Below are positions 1 through 12,400 of a stretch of DNA of 64,000 bases, one piece after another. Source of the DNA: Macrostomum lignano. Taxonomy: Eukaryota. Both the position numbers and the translations under genes were made by a program. The notes under the pieces were generated by a model. The model saw only the letters and a program-made list of their open reading frames with translations. It did no database searches and was not told the origin of the DNA. The stretch is from NCBI GenBank assembly GCA_002269645.1, contig NIVC01003206.1, forward strand, positions 1 through 64,000, read 5' to 3'. Each line of letters starts with the position of its first letter. Position 1 is the stretch's first letter.

Positions 1-100
1 CCGATTCCCCATTCCCACGATTCCCATTCCCCGATTCCCATTCCCCGATTCCCCATTCCCCGATTCCCCATTCCCCGATTCCCCATTCTCCGATTCCCGA
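1..100. repeat. Degenerate short-unit tandem repeat (CCGATTCCCCATTCC-like), cut by window edge
   Basis: Repeated ccgattcccc/attccc units; loosely resembles the reverse complement of the GGATTCGG/GGGGA satellite at 39030-39700. Confidence 0.8.
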
Positions 101-1347
101 TACCGCAACCGCTACAGTCAGTTAATAATAATTATTTTTCTGGAGTCAGCTGTCTCGTAGACAATAAAATATGCCTACAAAAACATATTGTCTCCCTGCA
201 CCTGGCCGCGTCTTGCGCGGGCAAACTGCCTCTACTTCCTTAGGGAAAAAACAAACTTGCTCTCTGGCCCTGCGAACAGTAAGAAATTGAGAAGAGGCGA
301 ACGTCCTGGAGTAATTTGGTAGCGGAGATCACGGAATCCCAGCGACCTCAGGCTCAGGGCGTTTTGGGGCCAGCGTTATTGTTATATTCTATATCTGGAA
401 TAAATCTGGGAGGGAAAAAGCTTTTATTCAGATCGAGATGGATTTCTCCCATCCCTCTCTGCCTCTCCCAGCGCCATGCGGCAGTCAAATCAGGCTGTTT
501 TGCAATGGGTTCTGTACCTCGTCTCTACACCTGATCAAAATAGTGCATTGTTTGCTTTTCAAGATTTAGAAATTCAAGTGGTTTCTTTTGCGAGCATCTA
601 GAAAAATTTAAGTGTATATACGAGTGACGTCACGCACTGCCCTCAGCCGGTGCAGGAAGTGCGTGAGCTGATGCCGCGGCCACCCTACCAGCAGGGACAG
701 TCTAGCTCTCGGCCTCTTTTCGATTTCCCGCATAAGAATCCTCAACTATTTAAATTATTTTATTCCAATTCCTCCAACTGGAGAAGCGCCAGTGAATGAT
801 TGACGACTTTCTGAGTCAGTACGGATCGGAGTACTTGCGCCAACCAGCCGCAGAAATAAATCTTCAACTATCTTTGCATCGAGTTAAATCGCGCCCACTG
901 ATTCATCGTTTACGCTGGAGCCGCAAGTTACACTGCCGGCAGCAACTGAATGCAATAAACAATTCAGCGACATTTAACTCTGATGCAAATCGACCGATAA
1001 AGCTGTGGTGCGCCATAAACTGAACCTTTCGCTGGCTTCCAGCCAAAAGGTTAGTTCGCTAAAAGCCGCGATTTCTATTGACTTGACATCTCTGTGGCGG
1101 GAGCTCGATTGGATTTTGGGACAATTTTTTTCACCGGTCGCGTTGGGATCGATTGGATTTGCTACTATTATGGGCTTCGGACGCACTGGCACAGCGAACA
1201 CTCGTTGAGGGCCTTTAAAGTGTTTTTTGCTATTGTAAGCAGAGTTTGATCTGCAGGGAAAATAGTTTTGATCAAATTGGATAAGTATGACGCTTAGGAC
1301 ACTTAGACACGAGATGATGTAACTACGAGCTATTTCAGACACTATTG

Positions 1348-1846
1348 AAGGCGTGTTAGACACTAGTTAAGGCGTGTTAGACACTAGTTAAGGCGTGTTG
1401 GACACTAGTTAAGGCGTGTTAGACACTAGTTAAGGCGTGTTAGACACTAGTTAAGGCGTGTTAGGCACTAGTTAAGGCGTGTTAGACACTAGTTAAGGCG
1501 TGTTAGGCACTATTTAAGGCGTGTTAGACACTAGTTAAGGCGTGTTAGACACTAGTTGAGGCGTGTTAGGCACTATTTAAGGCGTGTTAGACACTAGTTA
1601 AGGCGTGTTAGACACTAGTTAAGGCGTGTTAGACACTAGTTGAGGCGTGTTAGACACTAGTTAAGGCGTGTTAGACACTAGTTAAGGCGTGTTGGACACT
1701 AGTTAAGGCGTGTTAGACACTAGTTAAGGCGTGTTAGACACTAGTTAAGGCGTGTTAGGCACTAGTTAAGGCGTGTTAGACACTAGTTGAGGCGTGTTAG
1801 GCACTATTTAAGGCGTGTTAGACACTAGTTAAGGCGTGTTAGGCAC
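1348..1846. repeat. 21-bp minisatellite (TTAGACACTAGTTAAGGCGTG), ~23 copies
   Basis: Direct inspection: near-perfect 21-bp period. Confidence 0.97.
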
Positions 1847-1937
1847 TTTAAATGTTCAAGCGTCTCACAAGGACCACAAGATATTTTTGTTCGCACTTTT
1901 CCCTAGAAACTGAGTTAGATTAACGATCCCAGCTCAC

Positions 1938-2774
1938 CGCAGGGTGGCTTCCCGGCTCGTGCACAGCCACACGCAGTCCGTAGGCCTGCTCGAATATGTC
2001 GAAAAGGAAGCCCTGCTTGTGCTGGACTCCGTAACTCTCCACGGGACCCAGCCAGATAATGAGCGCCAGGCTGAACACGTCCTGAATGACATCCGGGTTG
2101 AACTGCAGCGTGTAGCAGTTGAAATAGTTCGGGTGGCTGAACGTCGTCACATCTAGCAGCCTGTCGTAGCAGCCCTTCGTGCCCTGCACCTGCGCAGAGG
2201 AGAACTTGAAAATGCAGTCGACGAATGAATCGTTCCTGGAGTGGCCCAGCATCGCCGCTTGGGACGCCTTCAAGTTTTGAAAGTAGAGCCTGGATGAGTC
2301 CATAGGGAGGGTCAGCTGAAGCGCTTTCATGCTGGCGGACAAGACCTCCTTGTACTCTTGGTCGGTGGCGTCGCTCTGCGGTTCGGTCACTTTCTTCTCG
2401 TACGCGCCTTCGATGTCCAGCTCCGAGAGCAGTCGAAGACCATGCTGGCGCAGCTGCCAGTTGAAGTCAGTCGGTGATGGCACGGTTTTGTCCGTCCAGA
2501 GTCGGAAAGCATTCTTCGAGAACGGCTGGTTGTTGCAGATGCTCACCGCCGGGAACGGGCTGACGTCGTCCAGATCGAGCCGGGTCTGGATGTTCACGTC
2601 GTACTGCAGGTAGTCGAGGGTGACGTTCACGGCGCTGTAGAACAGCAGGGAGGTGGAGCCGAGCACGAACAGGACCCACAGGTGGCTGAGAAAGCGGCTC
2701 GGACTCTTGAAAATCCGACCGACACCGCGAATGCTGGTGCTCTCGAGGAAGGCTCTGGTCTCTTCTGAGATCAT
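1938..2774 (-). CDS. DEG/ENaC/ASIC-family amiloride-sensitive sodium channel, first coding exon (N-terminus, TM1, part of ectodomain); remaining exons not found in the window
   Basis: ORF 1920..2774: STSIRGVGRI (pre-TM1), hydrophobic TM1 LWVLFVLGSTSLLFYSAV, FPAVSICNNQPF, HPNYFNCYT, GLRVAVHEPG are ASC-family motifs. Donor CCTGCG|GTGAGC at 1938/1937. Confidence 0.9.
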
Positions 2775-4145
2775 CGTTCGGTGTGCGACTGCCGCAGGTG
2801 AGGAAGTTGTGGGCGTTTAGCTTAGGGTGGTCCAGAAAGGCATAACAAACTGAGTTTCCCCTAGAGCTCCATGGATGCTTTTTAATCCATTTTAATCTAA
2901 AACAATATTGGTACTTGCTTCAAAAAACATGAGGACACAGCATGAAATCGGCAGTGCAGTTTTTTAGGCACTGCTCAAAGTCATCGTCAGCTGCGTGATG
3001 AATGCCTTCAGCTGTAGATACTTCAGTTATTGAAACGGGTGTTCTTTAAGAAAACTTCTGCACCTTCCTAGTTTTCAAAGCAAGTAGCAAGATTTTTCAA
3101 GTAAAAATATCATCAGAAAAAGGTCTATAAGCATGCATGTATCAAATTTCAACCCAATCCACCAACCCAGTGCATAGAAAACTCAATTTGTCATCTGGGA
3201 GACCTTTCGGGACCATCAGCTGTAATCGCTATAGTCAGGGAAGAAATTCTTGACGACTTTTAAAGGATTAAGGAGGCTGCCGAAGATACGCAACAAATTA
3301 TGGCCTCGCAATCATGAAAAAATTCAAATAAAATACAGCTCCTGCTCCGTCGTTTCCCCGCCTACATAAAAACTCACTCAGTGACTCCCGATATTTGATA
3401 AACAACTCAAGCGCTTTTCCAAATGCAATTAAATAAATTAATTTTCAAACCCAATTCAAGTTATGATTTGCTTAATCAACACAAAATTTCTCCAATAGAT
3501 TACTCACGCTATAATTGTTGCGAATGCGCTGCACCTGCGGCTTAAGCTGAAAGATAAAGTTTCAGAGCTCAAGGTGGATTCCAGAAGTCAGCTAGCAATG
3601 GAATGCTGGCGGATGCCAATAAGGCCGTTGGAATTGGTTGGAGGGAGATATCCTCGATTTGAGATCCTCGGCTCTGGCTCTGCCATTGGCTGGGGATTTT
3701 GCCAGTCCACGCTGGGCGCTGCAAGTCCGGCAAAGCCCCAGCCTTCTCCCTTGAGCAGGCGGAGAAGTGCTCCCGGATTGACAAAATCTGTAATCAGCAT
3801 TCTGAGTAAACAGCGGGGGCTGCGGCCCCCTGCTCCTGGATTTGTGTACTCATTTTCAGCCAGGGCGACTCAGGTTAGGGCAGCCCGGTCGCTTAGCAAC
3901 CAAAACTGGAGATGTCATTCTCGGGGTGAAATGAAAAGCCTGAAAAGTTGGGGATAAGTTATACAAGCGTGTAACGACTGTCAGATGCGATGGCAATTTG
4001 CGGGGACTACGAGGTCAATCCAGAGTGAAATGATGAATTTCTAGATGCAAAAGAACGGTTCAAATAGGATCCTCCAAATGAGAAATTCAGTGCCAATGTA
4101 AAACCCTGTATGAGTGCGTGCCTTCGCTCGTACCAGTGAGTATTG

Positions 4146-5389
4146 CTGGCACAATCGCCATTCAGGATGCAACAGTTGCTGGCACAATCGCCATTCAGGA
4201 TGCAACAGTTGCTGGCACAATCGCCATTCAGGATGCAACAGTTGCTGGCGCAATCGCCATTCAGGATGCAACAGTTGCTGACACAATCACCAAACAGTTG
4301 CTGGCACAATCGCCATTCAGGATGCAACAGTTGCTGGCACAATCACCATTCAGGATGCAACAGTTGCTGGCACAATCGCCATTCAGGATGCAACAGTTGC
4401 TGGCACAATCGCCATTCAGGATGCAACAGTTGCTGGCACAATCGCCATTCAGGATGCAACAGTTGCTGGCGCAATCACCATTCAGGATGCAACAGTTGCT
4501 GGCACAATCACCATTCAGGATGCAACAGTTGCTGGCACAATCACCAAACAGTTGCTGGCGCAATCACCATTCAGGATGCAACAGTTGCTGGCACAATCAC
4601 CATTCAGGATGCAACAGTTGCTGGCACAATCACCATTCAGGATGCAACAGTTGCTGGCACAATCACCATTCAGGATGCAACAGTTGCTGGCACAATCGCC
4701 ATTCAGGATGCAACAGTTGCTGGCACAATCACCATTCAGGATGCAACAGTTGCTGGCACAATCACCATTCAGGATGCAACAGTTGCTGGCACAATCACCA
4801 TTCAGAATGCAACAGTTGCTGGCACAATCACCAAACAGTTGCTGGCACAATCGCCATTCAGGATGCAACAGTTGCTGGCACAATCGCCATTCAGGATGCA
4901 ACAGTTGCTGGCACAATCGCCATTCAGGATGCAACAGTTGCTGGCACAATCACCATTCAAGATGCAACAGTTGCTGGCACAATCACCATTCAGAATGCAA
5001 CAGTTGCTGGCACAATCACCAAACAGTTGCTGGCACAATCGCCATTCAGGATGCAACAGTTGCTGGCACAATCGCCATTCAGGATGCAACAGTTGCTGGC
5101 ACAATCGCCATTCAGGATGCAACAGTTGCTGGCACAATCACCATTCAGGATGCAACAGTTGCTGGCACAATCACCAAACAGTTGCTGGCACAATCGCCAT
5201 TCAGGATGCAACAGTTGCTGGCACAATCGCCATTCAGGATGCAACAGTTGCTGGCACAATCGCCATTCAGGATGCAACAGTTGCTGGCGCAATCGCCATT
5301 CAGGATGCAACAGTTGCTGGCGCAATCGCCATTCAGGATGCAACAGTTGCTGGCACAATCGCCATTCAGGATGCAACAGTTGCTGGCGC
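4146..5389. repeat. 33-bp minisatellite (TTGCTGGCACAATCGCCATTCAGGATGCAACAG) with interspersed 23-bp truncated units
   Basis: 11-aa periodic translations in all frames; the short units (…CACCAAACAG) shift the register. Confidence 0.97.
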
Positions 5390-5810
5390 AAGTGTGACGT
5401 CAATGCAAATTGCGGCTGAATCACGCCAGCCCGCCGTCATGAACTGACGAATGTCTGTCGCACTGGCAAGGTGGCAATGAATAATCATTGTATTTGTAGT
5501 CCCATGTAAATTTCTGCTCCAGCTGTAGACTGCTGTGCCCTCGGCCTGTTAGCGTGAAATTGCTTTTGGCATCGACACGCCAGGGCAGGGCAGCTCTGGG
5601 AGTTGCGCCGGGAGTGAAACCCGTCGGATCATTCTAAGAAAATAGCTGGAGCCGATCGAAAATATTGCAATTTTGTATGCGACTGACGGATCCCGCTGCG
5701 GATTGACTGGGCTCGTTCTGAATTTTAGAATGCTGGAGTAATGTGATGCTCGGATTCCAGCTGATCTCTTCAAATATACTATTGAAACTAGTTAAACATT
5801 ACTTTATCGA

Positions 5811-6094
<284 letters not shown>

Positions 6095-6495
6095 ATATTA
6101 AAGAACAAAAAAATTGTTTATTGCCTACATTTACTTGAATCAACAACTTTAATATGCATTTAGCCATTTGCTTTATTGCTCATGATTGTAACCAATAAAA
6201 ATATGATTTCGTAGGGATCATTTTTAAAGATGAAAATTTCATAACTTAAAGTAAAACAGACTGCCGAGATTAAGCATGATATTAAATGTAGCGGATAATT
6301 TTCATCCCAGTCGCGGCTGAGTGACTAATTTGATCGCACACCTGAAGTTGCTTTAACCTGCCGGATTGAAAGCTCCGATTTATTGCTAATTAGACATGAA
6401 CTGGCCCGCATGGCAACTCGTTCTAATTAGTTCTGAGCTCAACCCAAGCTTGGGGCATAGCGATCCGTCACAACGTGCTCAATTTGTCGGTAAAG

Positions 6496-9400
6496 TCACA
6501 CGGATGTAACAGCCCCGTTGTGATGGCGCTCATCACAGCCTCCTTGCGGATGCGAGCGACGCTTCTCCAGCAGCTGACTCGACAGTCGGCGCTCAGTCTT
6601 GTAGTAGCGGTAGACTGGCCTCATCGGGCCCTGGGCCTGCTCCAGCTCCATCAGCGAGTGCTCAATGATGTCGCCAGTGAGAAAGTCGAAGTGAGCAAAG
6701 CACGATGCAACTGAAAATGAGTAGAGTATTGTAGACCAGCTTGTAGTAAACTCTAAGAAGAAATAACTCTCCAAACCCTGCCGACCCTACTGGCAGTAGC
6801 ACTGAAAAAAGCATTTAAATTTGATGGAAGTTGAAAAATTTTGCAGCCAGTTTTTGTGAGCCCTCTTTGATGCCTATTAATTATGCAGCCGAAACCTGCG
6901 TGTTTGATCCAGAAGCAACACAGATACAGACTGCTTACCGAGATTAGCGCTGGACAAGGCTGAGTTCTCAAACGGAACCGTTCCGATCACGACTGGCACG
7001 GAGAGCTGAAGAGATTCGCTGTGCCCGAGCACGCCAGAGGCTTCAATCTTGACCTGCCGAAAATTAAAATTGCAAATACACGAAGGTTCATATTGGAGTA
7101 AATAAGAAAATGCTGGTATTTTACAATGGCAAGAAAATTGAAAACATGAAAGCTAAATACACAATTAACTGTTTATTAAAAATTAATTACATCATCATAA
7201 CTAATTGCGATATCGTATTCTCTAGCTTACTTAGTTGAAATGCTATCTAGCATAGACAGATGCCAAGACTCACTGGGGAGTTGCTGAGATGCCAAGGCTC
7301 ACGGGGGAGTTGCTGAGATGCCATGGCTTACGGGGGAGTTGCTGAGATGCCATGGCTCATGGGGGAGTTGCTGAGATGCCATGGCTTACGGGGGAGTTGC
7401 TGAGATGCCATGGCTTACGGGGGAGTTGCTTAGATGACAAGGCTCAGTAGGGGGACGCTGATGTCCTAGGCTTGAAGGGGGTAAGACACTTACATGTACT
7501 ACATAAGTGCATTTACTAGTTGTGAAGCGAGCTGCCTTTGTCTAAATTACAGTCGTGCTTATTCTTCTTTTCTTCAAGCAACCCATTGTAACTGGGTGCT
7601 TAGTCGTTTATCGACCATTTTTACTGCAATATTTAGCGTGCACTTACAAGCTTCACTACGAGCGTATCTAAAGGAGGGTTGGCAAAATTTTGTTAAAATG
7701 AAATAAAGATAAGAAGAAATTTTTGGTGTTCTTTCCATGTAAGCAGCGCCTCGGCTGGTTCCGCATTCGCTCGAGCAGGGGGTGGGGGGGGGGCGCGGTC
7801 ACGCCATTTCGAGTTCGCAGCCTAGAAACATCAATAAACTGACTTTTTACGCCTAAATGTATTGTAGAGCTCGGAAAAAAAGAGACTAGCCTGGATCAGT
7901 TCCATCCTCTATGCTTCCCACAGCCCACATCATCGATCGCTGGATCGCCAGAGGTCAGCATTGCTTTTTCATTCCCAGCATCATCTTGCCCAGCGCTAAT
8001 GGCTTTCGCCAGGCTCGTATTTGTTTGCACAGGGTAAATTTATGCGGCCACTCACTCACCTGCACTACGTACTCAATGCTGAGCACTTGGCAGCAGTGTC
8101 GGCCTGTCGGCGGCAGCGGCGGCACGTGAATGACGTCGTGATAAAACCCGGACGCACCTGGCCGCACGCGCTGCCCGGAGATGCTGAAGATCAGGGCGCT
8201 AGCAGTGTGAGACCGCTGGCCGGCTTTGAGAACCAGTCGCTGCTGGAACGTGATATGCGTGCTGTCGACGCAGGCGGAGGAGCCGTTGACCACCTGCATA
8301 CCGATGTCCATGGTCTCGCCCGGCACGTAGCCAGACCTCGGCAGGGACAGCTCGCAGCGAATTCGGCCCTTGCTGATGCAGCAACAGCAAGTCACGATCG
8401 CGTCCTTTTTCAGGCTAACGCCCTCCTTTTGAATAGAAGCAACGGCATTGTATTAAGATCGTGCTGTACTCATTGACCGGAGGTAATTACATTCTGAACA
8501 TTTTCCTGCGTCTGAATTGGGCTGAATTATATCCTGCTTATGATCTCTTTTGCGTCCTTTGTGCTGAGAAAAATTCAATTTTTCCCCAAAGCCGAAATTT
8601 TCATTTTGCTGACATCGACAACCAGATTCATTCATAAACTCAATAGTCTGTACTTTTCCAACATGCACAGCCCCGCCTGTCAAAACACGCGGGCAACTCA
8701 CAGTCAGACTCTTGCAGCGGTTCAGGTCGCGGGATCGCAGAACCAGGATACGTCGCTCCCGGCTGTGTCCCGCAGTTCGCCAGGAATTCTCCAGATCAAC
8801 GCGCAGACAGTAGGCAACTCTGGCCTTCACCCGGCCAGTGTCGGAGAAGTGCTCAAATGACGAAGGCAGTCTCTCCGGCAGTTGGAAGTGAAACCGGAAC
8901 TGGTGAAATCCGGCTCGGATCAGGTGGCCTGGCTGGGATGCCTTCTCGTCCGGGCCTTGGAAATGGGAGACGGGAGATTGGGGAACTTCTCTACGCTAGC
9001 TCTGATGACGAACGAGGATTCCATTTTGTTCCAGGGGCCACGCACAGTAAGGAGAGTCGCCTGGCTTTTAGCTCCTGCATTTTCTATCTGGTCTGGCGGT
9101 GCAGTGTTGTCAGTCTCGGGGGAAGCCACATGGAGCAAAAAAAGAGTTTCATGCGCTTCAAGCTGAAGCACTTAACACGACGATTGAGTAGAAGTGTTCC
9201 ATGCTCGCATATTCTGCACTTTGAAAGTGGCGTTGAGTCAGGATCCTTGTGCAGCATCTCGGTGGGTTTTCTTTCATACTAGAAGTTGTATTGCTCAAAC
9301 TGGAGCTTGAGGACAGAACTACACTTGTACGATATACAATTTATGCACTGCGCATGGAAGTCATCAAAGTGGAACTCAGAAGAGGCTAAGATGGTCTTCT

Positions 9401-12400
9401 AACTTGAGTTGGGGCCGGCCGGCCTTCTCCGATAAGCAGATATGGTGATAATCAGCCATCGAGGAAAGTTATGCTTCAATGCGGATTTTCCGCTTCGCTA
9501 GAGAGTGGCCTTCTGTGGGCGGGGCCGGGCGCGATGGAGTAAAAGTGCAGAGCAGGCTAAGGGAGTGAAAGTCTCTCCAATGCTCACCGCTAAGAACTCA
9601 GCCACTGAGTAGAAGTTTTCTTCAATTTTGCTCAGGTTCCTGTTCAGTTTAAATCGCATTAAAACTGACAGTCGGTGTTGCTGAACGGACGGGGTTGTAA
9701 CCTAGTGGTCAGAGCTTCTGACTCACGACTTGAAAGTCGGGGGTTCGATTCCCGATCCCGCTGGAACAATTTGTGTCCTTGAGCAAGACACTTAACTCTG
9801 CATTGCTTCAGTTCACCCAGCTGTAAAATGGGTGCCAGCATTAGCTGGGGTGATTGAGGGTGTGTGTGGCGACCACCCAGTCCTTGGACTGAACAGCCGT
9901 AAGCAGCCTTCATATGCGCCGCGCAATAGCTGCGGCTGAGCTGTCGGTTGCACATCTGGCCCAATTAAGGCAGGTGTAATCAGTTATTACTATTATTATG
10001 AACGGTTTAAAAGTGCTTTTTACCTTTCCCAAACAGCTGGCTGCAGCACTGGAACAGGGTCTGCCGCCCGACCACTGTCTCGGGTTGCGAGGCGTCCTTC
10101 TGCCGGGCCTCAACCCAGGAGACCTCGGCCTGCCCGGTGAATACAATGCGACAGCCTGCGGGTCGGGGGGAGGGGGTCGGCTAGTGGCTCCCAGAGATTG
10201 AATTCGTGCATCGCTTCATCTGCTCTCACGCCAATATTGGCGCCGCAATTGTTCGGCCCCACAATGCGTTCTACATGCGAATACAATGGATACCCAGTGA
10301 GCCGTGCAGTCTTCAGTCCCACCTCAGGCTGGGCCTCCCTTCAATTATCGTGAGCAATCAGTTGCTAAATAATGCACAGCTCAGACCACAGTCAGTGTGC
10401 CCATCAGGGTCAGAAATTTTCTTCAAGCTGGGTTCGATCAAAGAGGCCCTTGAATCAGAATTTGATTTACAAGAAGGCTAACTGACGTGGGGGGCATCAC
10501 AAACCCGAAAAATCATAACTCCGAAAAGCTCTTTCCATCACAAACCCGAAATATCACAATACCCAAAATATCACAATACCCAAAATATCATAAACCCGAA
10601 ATATCATAAACTCGAAATATCACAAACCCGAAATATCATAAACCCGAAATATCACAATACCCAAAATATCATAAACCCGAAATATCATAAACCCGAAATA
10701 TCACAATACCCAAAATATCATAAACCCGAAATATCCGAAATATCACAAACCCGAAATATCACAAACACGAAATATCATAAACCCGAAATATCACAAACCC
10801 GAAATATCACAATACCCAAAATATTATAAACCCGAAATATCAACAACCCGAAATATCATAAACCCGAAATATCACAAACACGAAATATCATAAACCCGAA
10901 ATATCATAAACCCGAAATATCAAAAACCCGAAATATCACAAACCCGAAATATCAACAACCCGAAATATCATAAACCCGAAATATCACAAACACGAAATAT
11001 CATAAACCCGAAATATCACAAACACGATATATCATAAACCCGAAAATAGCATTGGACACTGCTAGAACTTTCGGGGTTATGATATTTAGGGTTTACGATG
11101 GGTGTTGCTATTTTGGTTTTCGGATTTGTGATTGTTTGAGTTTGTGATGGCGACCCACCGGTTGGTTCGGTTTGCACACACAACACACAGGAAATGCCTT
11201 TTTTCAGTTTTCTGTTGTTTATAATTTTAGTCTCATTTAAACTTCCATTCCTAGACGATTTTATACGAACCATTTTTGTTCCAAACAAGCGGCTCAGTGA
11301 AATTTCAAACTGTAGAAACGAACAGAAACTTTAATCAGCTCACGCGGTAGCTATTTAAGTGAATTTCACAGCAAAGCATTTCTCACTGCAACATATATTT
11401 ATACCTTTTGTATCTTTTCAGCCAAAACTAGTCCAGCTTCCAGTTGCTCCATCTGCTCCCTTCTTTTCCAGTTGCGTCTTCGTTCAACCTCTTCACTTGC
11501 CCCCCCCCCTCTAATGGCCGCTATAGGGGGGATTTTCGGCAACAAGCACCTCCTTTCTTCTCCAATCTCTCTCCCTGTGCTCTCTTTCCCTCATTAACTA
11601 TTCAAGCCGGGCCTGATGAGAGCGCACACAGGCTCCCTGTCCCGGCAGGTGCAGCAAGATATCGATTCTCTCCTGCAGATTCAAGCAAAGCCGGTCTCCA
11701 GTACCTGGGAGACTCAGACACCGAGACTGAGACTGACGAGTTCTCTCCAGAGCCTAGCGAATCCCAGGAAGCTTTGCTTTCCTTGAGAAACACGGTGCAT
11801 TGTCCGCAAGAACACTCTGCGTAAGGGCTCAAGAAAAATGCCCCTAGAAGAAACCAAGCGCTTTCCATCGCAAGCAGCCAAATCCTTAGGGAAATTCCGA
11901 CCAAAATAACTCATTCCCAGCAGAGAGCTGGTGACTCGGGCGGGCCTCGCGTAAATCATTTTTACAGAGCCATGCAGACGCGCAGTTCGTCCCTGCAAAC
12001 TGCGTGTCCGAAATTGTGTTTGCCAACTCTGCAATGGTTTTCACTTACTTTATAGCTTTACTTATATGTAAATCTGATATTACTAGCGCAGCTTCCCCTG
12101 CCTGCTAGAGCAACTGCAGCCACAAGAAGCCCAGGTCCACACCGAATCGAGACAACTTTCTTAAAGCTCAGCCGAGAATAAAGCTCTATTTGGCTTGGCG
12201 AGAGGAGAATATTTCGGGAAGTGTTAACTATTTTGGAAATTTGAGTTTACAGATTTTGAAGGGAGGTCAGGGAAGCTGCAGAGAATTGGGAAGCCAGGGA
12301 AACTACAGGGGATCTTTAAGGTCAGGGAAGCTGCAGAGAATTGGGAAGCCAGGGAAACTACAGGGGATCTTTGAGGTCAGGGAAGCTGCAGAGAATTGGG

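Noticed and set aside
974-1363. 129-aa minus ORF as the next DEG/ENaC exon
   Set aside because: No recognisable ENaC Cys-rich, TM2 or G-x-S motifs, and no convincing splice sites.
4118-5447. 433-aa and 434-aa ORFs with MQQLLAQSPFR / VAGTIAIQDAT / SCWHNHHSGCN repeats
   Set aside because: The 33-bp unit lacks stops in several frames and is quasi-palindromic (GCAAC-A-GTTGC). Each ORF drifts through all three peptide registers at the 23-bp units, as expected of a non-coding minisatellite.
9691-9770. tRNA genes at the SINE heads (also 30554 and 60727)
   Set aside because: They continue into SINE bodies and tails, and no complete cloverleaf is evident.
11444-12034. Overlapping 100-126-aa ORFs in arrestin intron 1
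   Set aside because: No recognisable domain or splice support; possibly an unclassified repeat.
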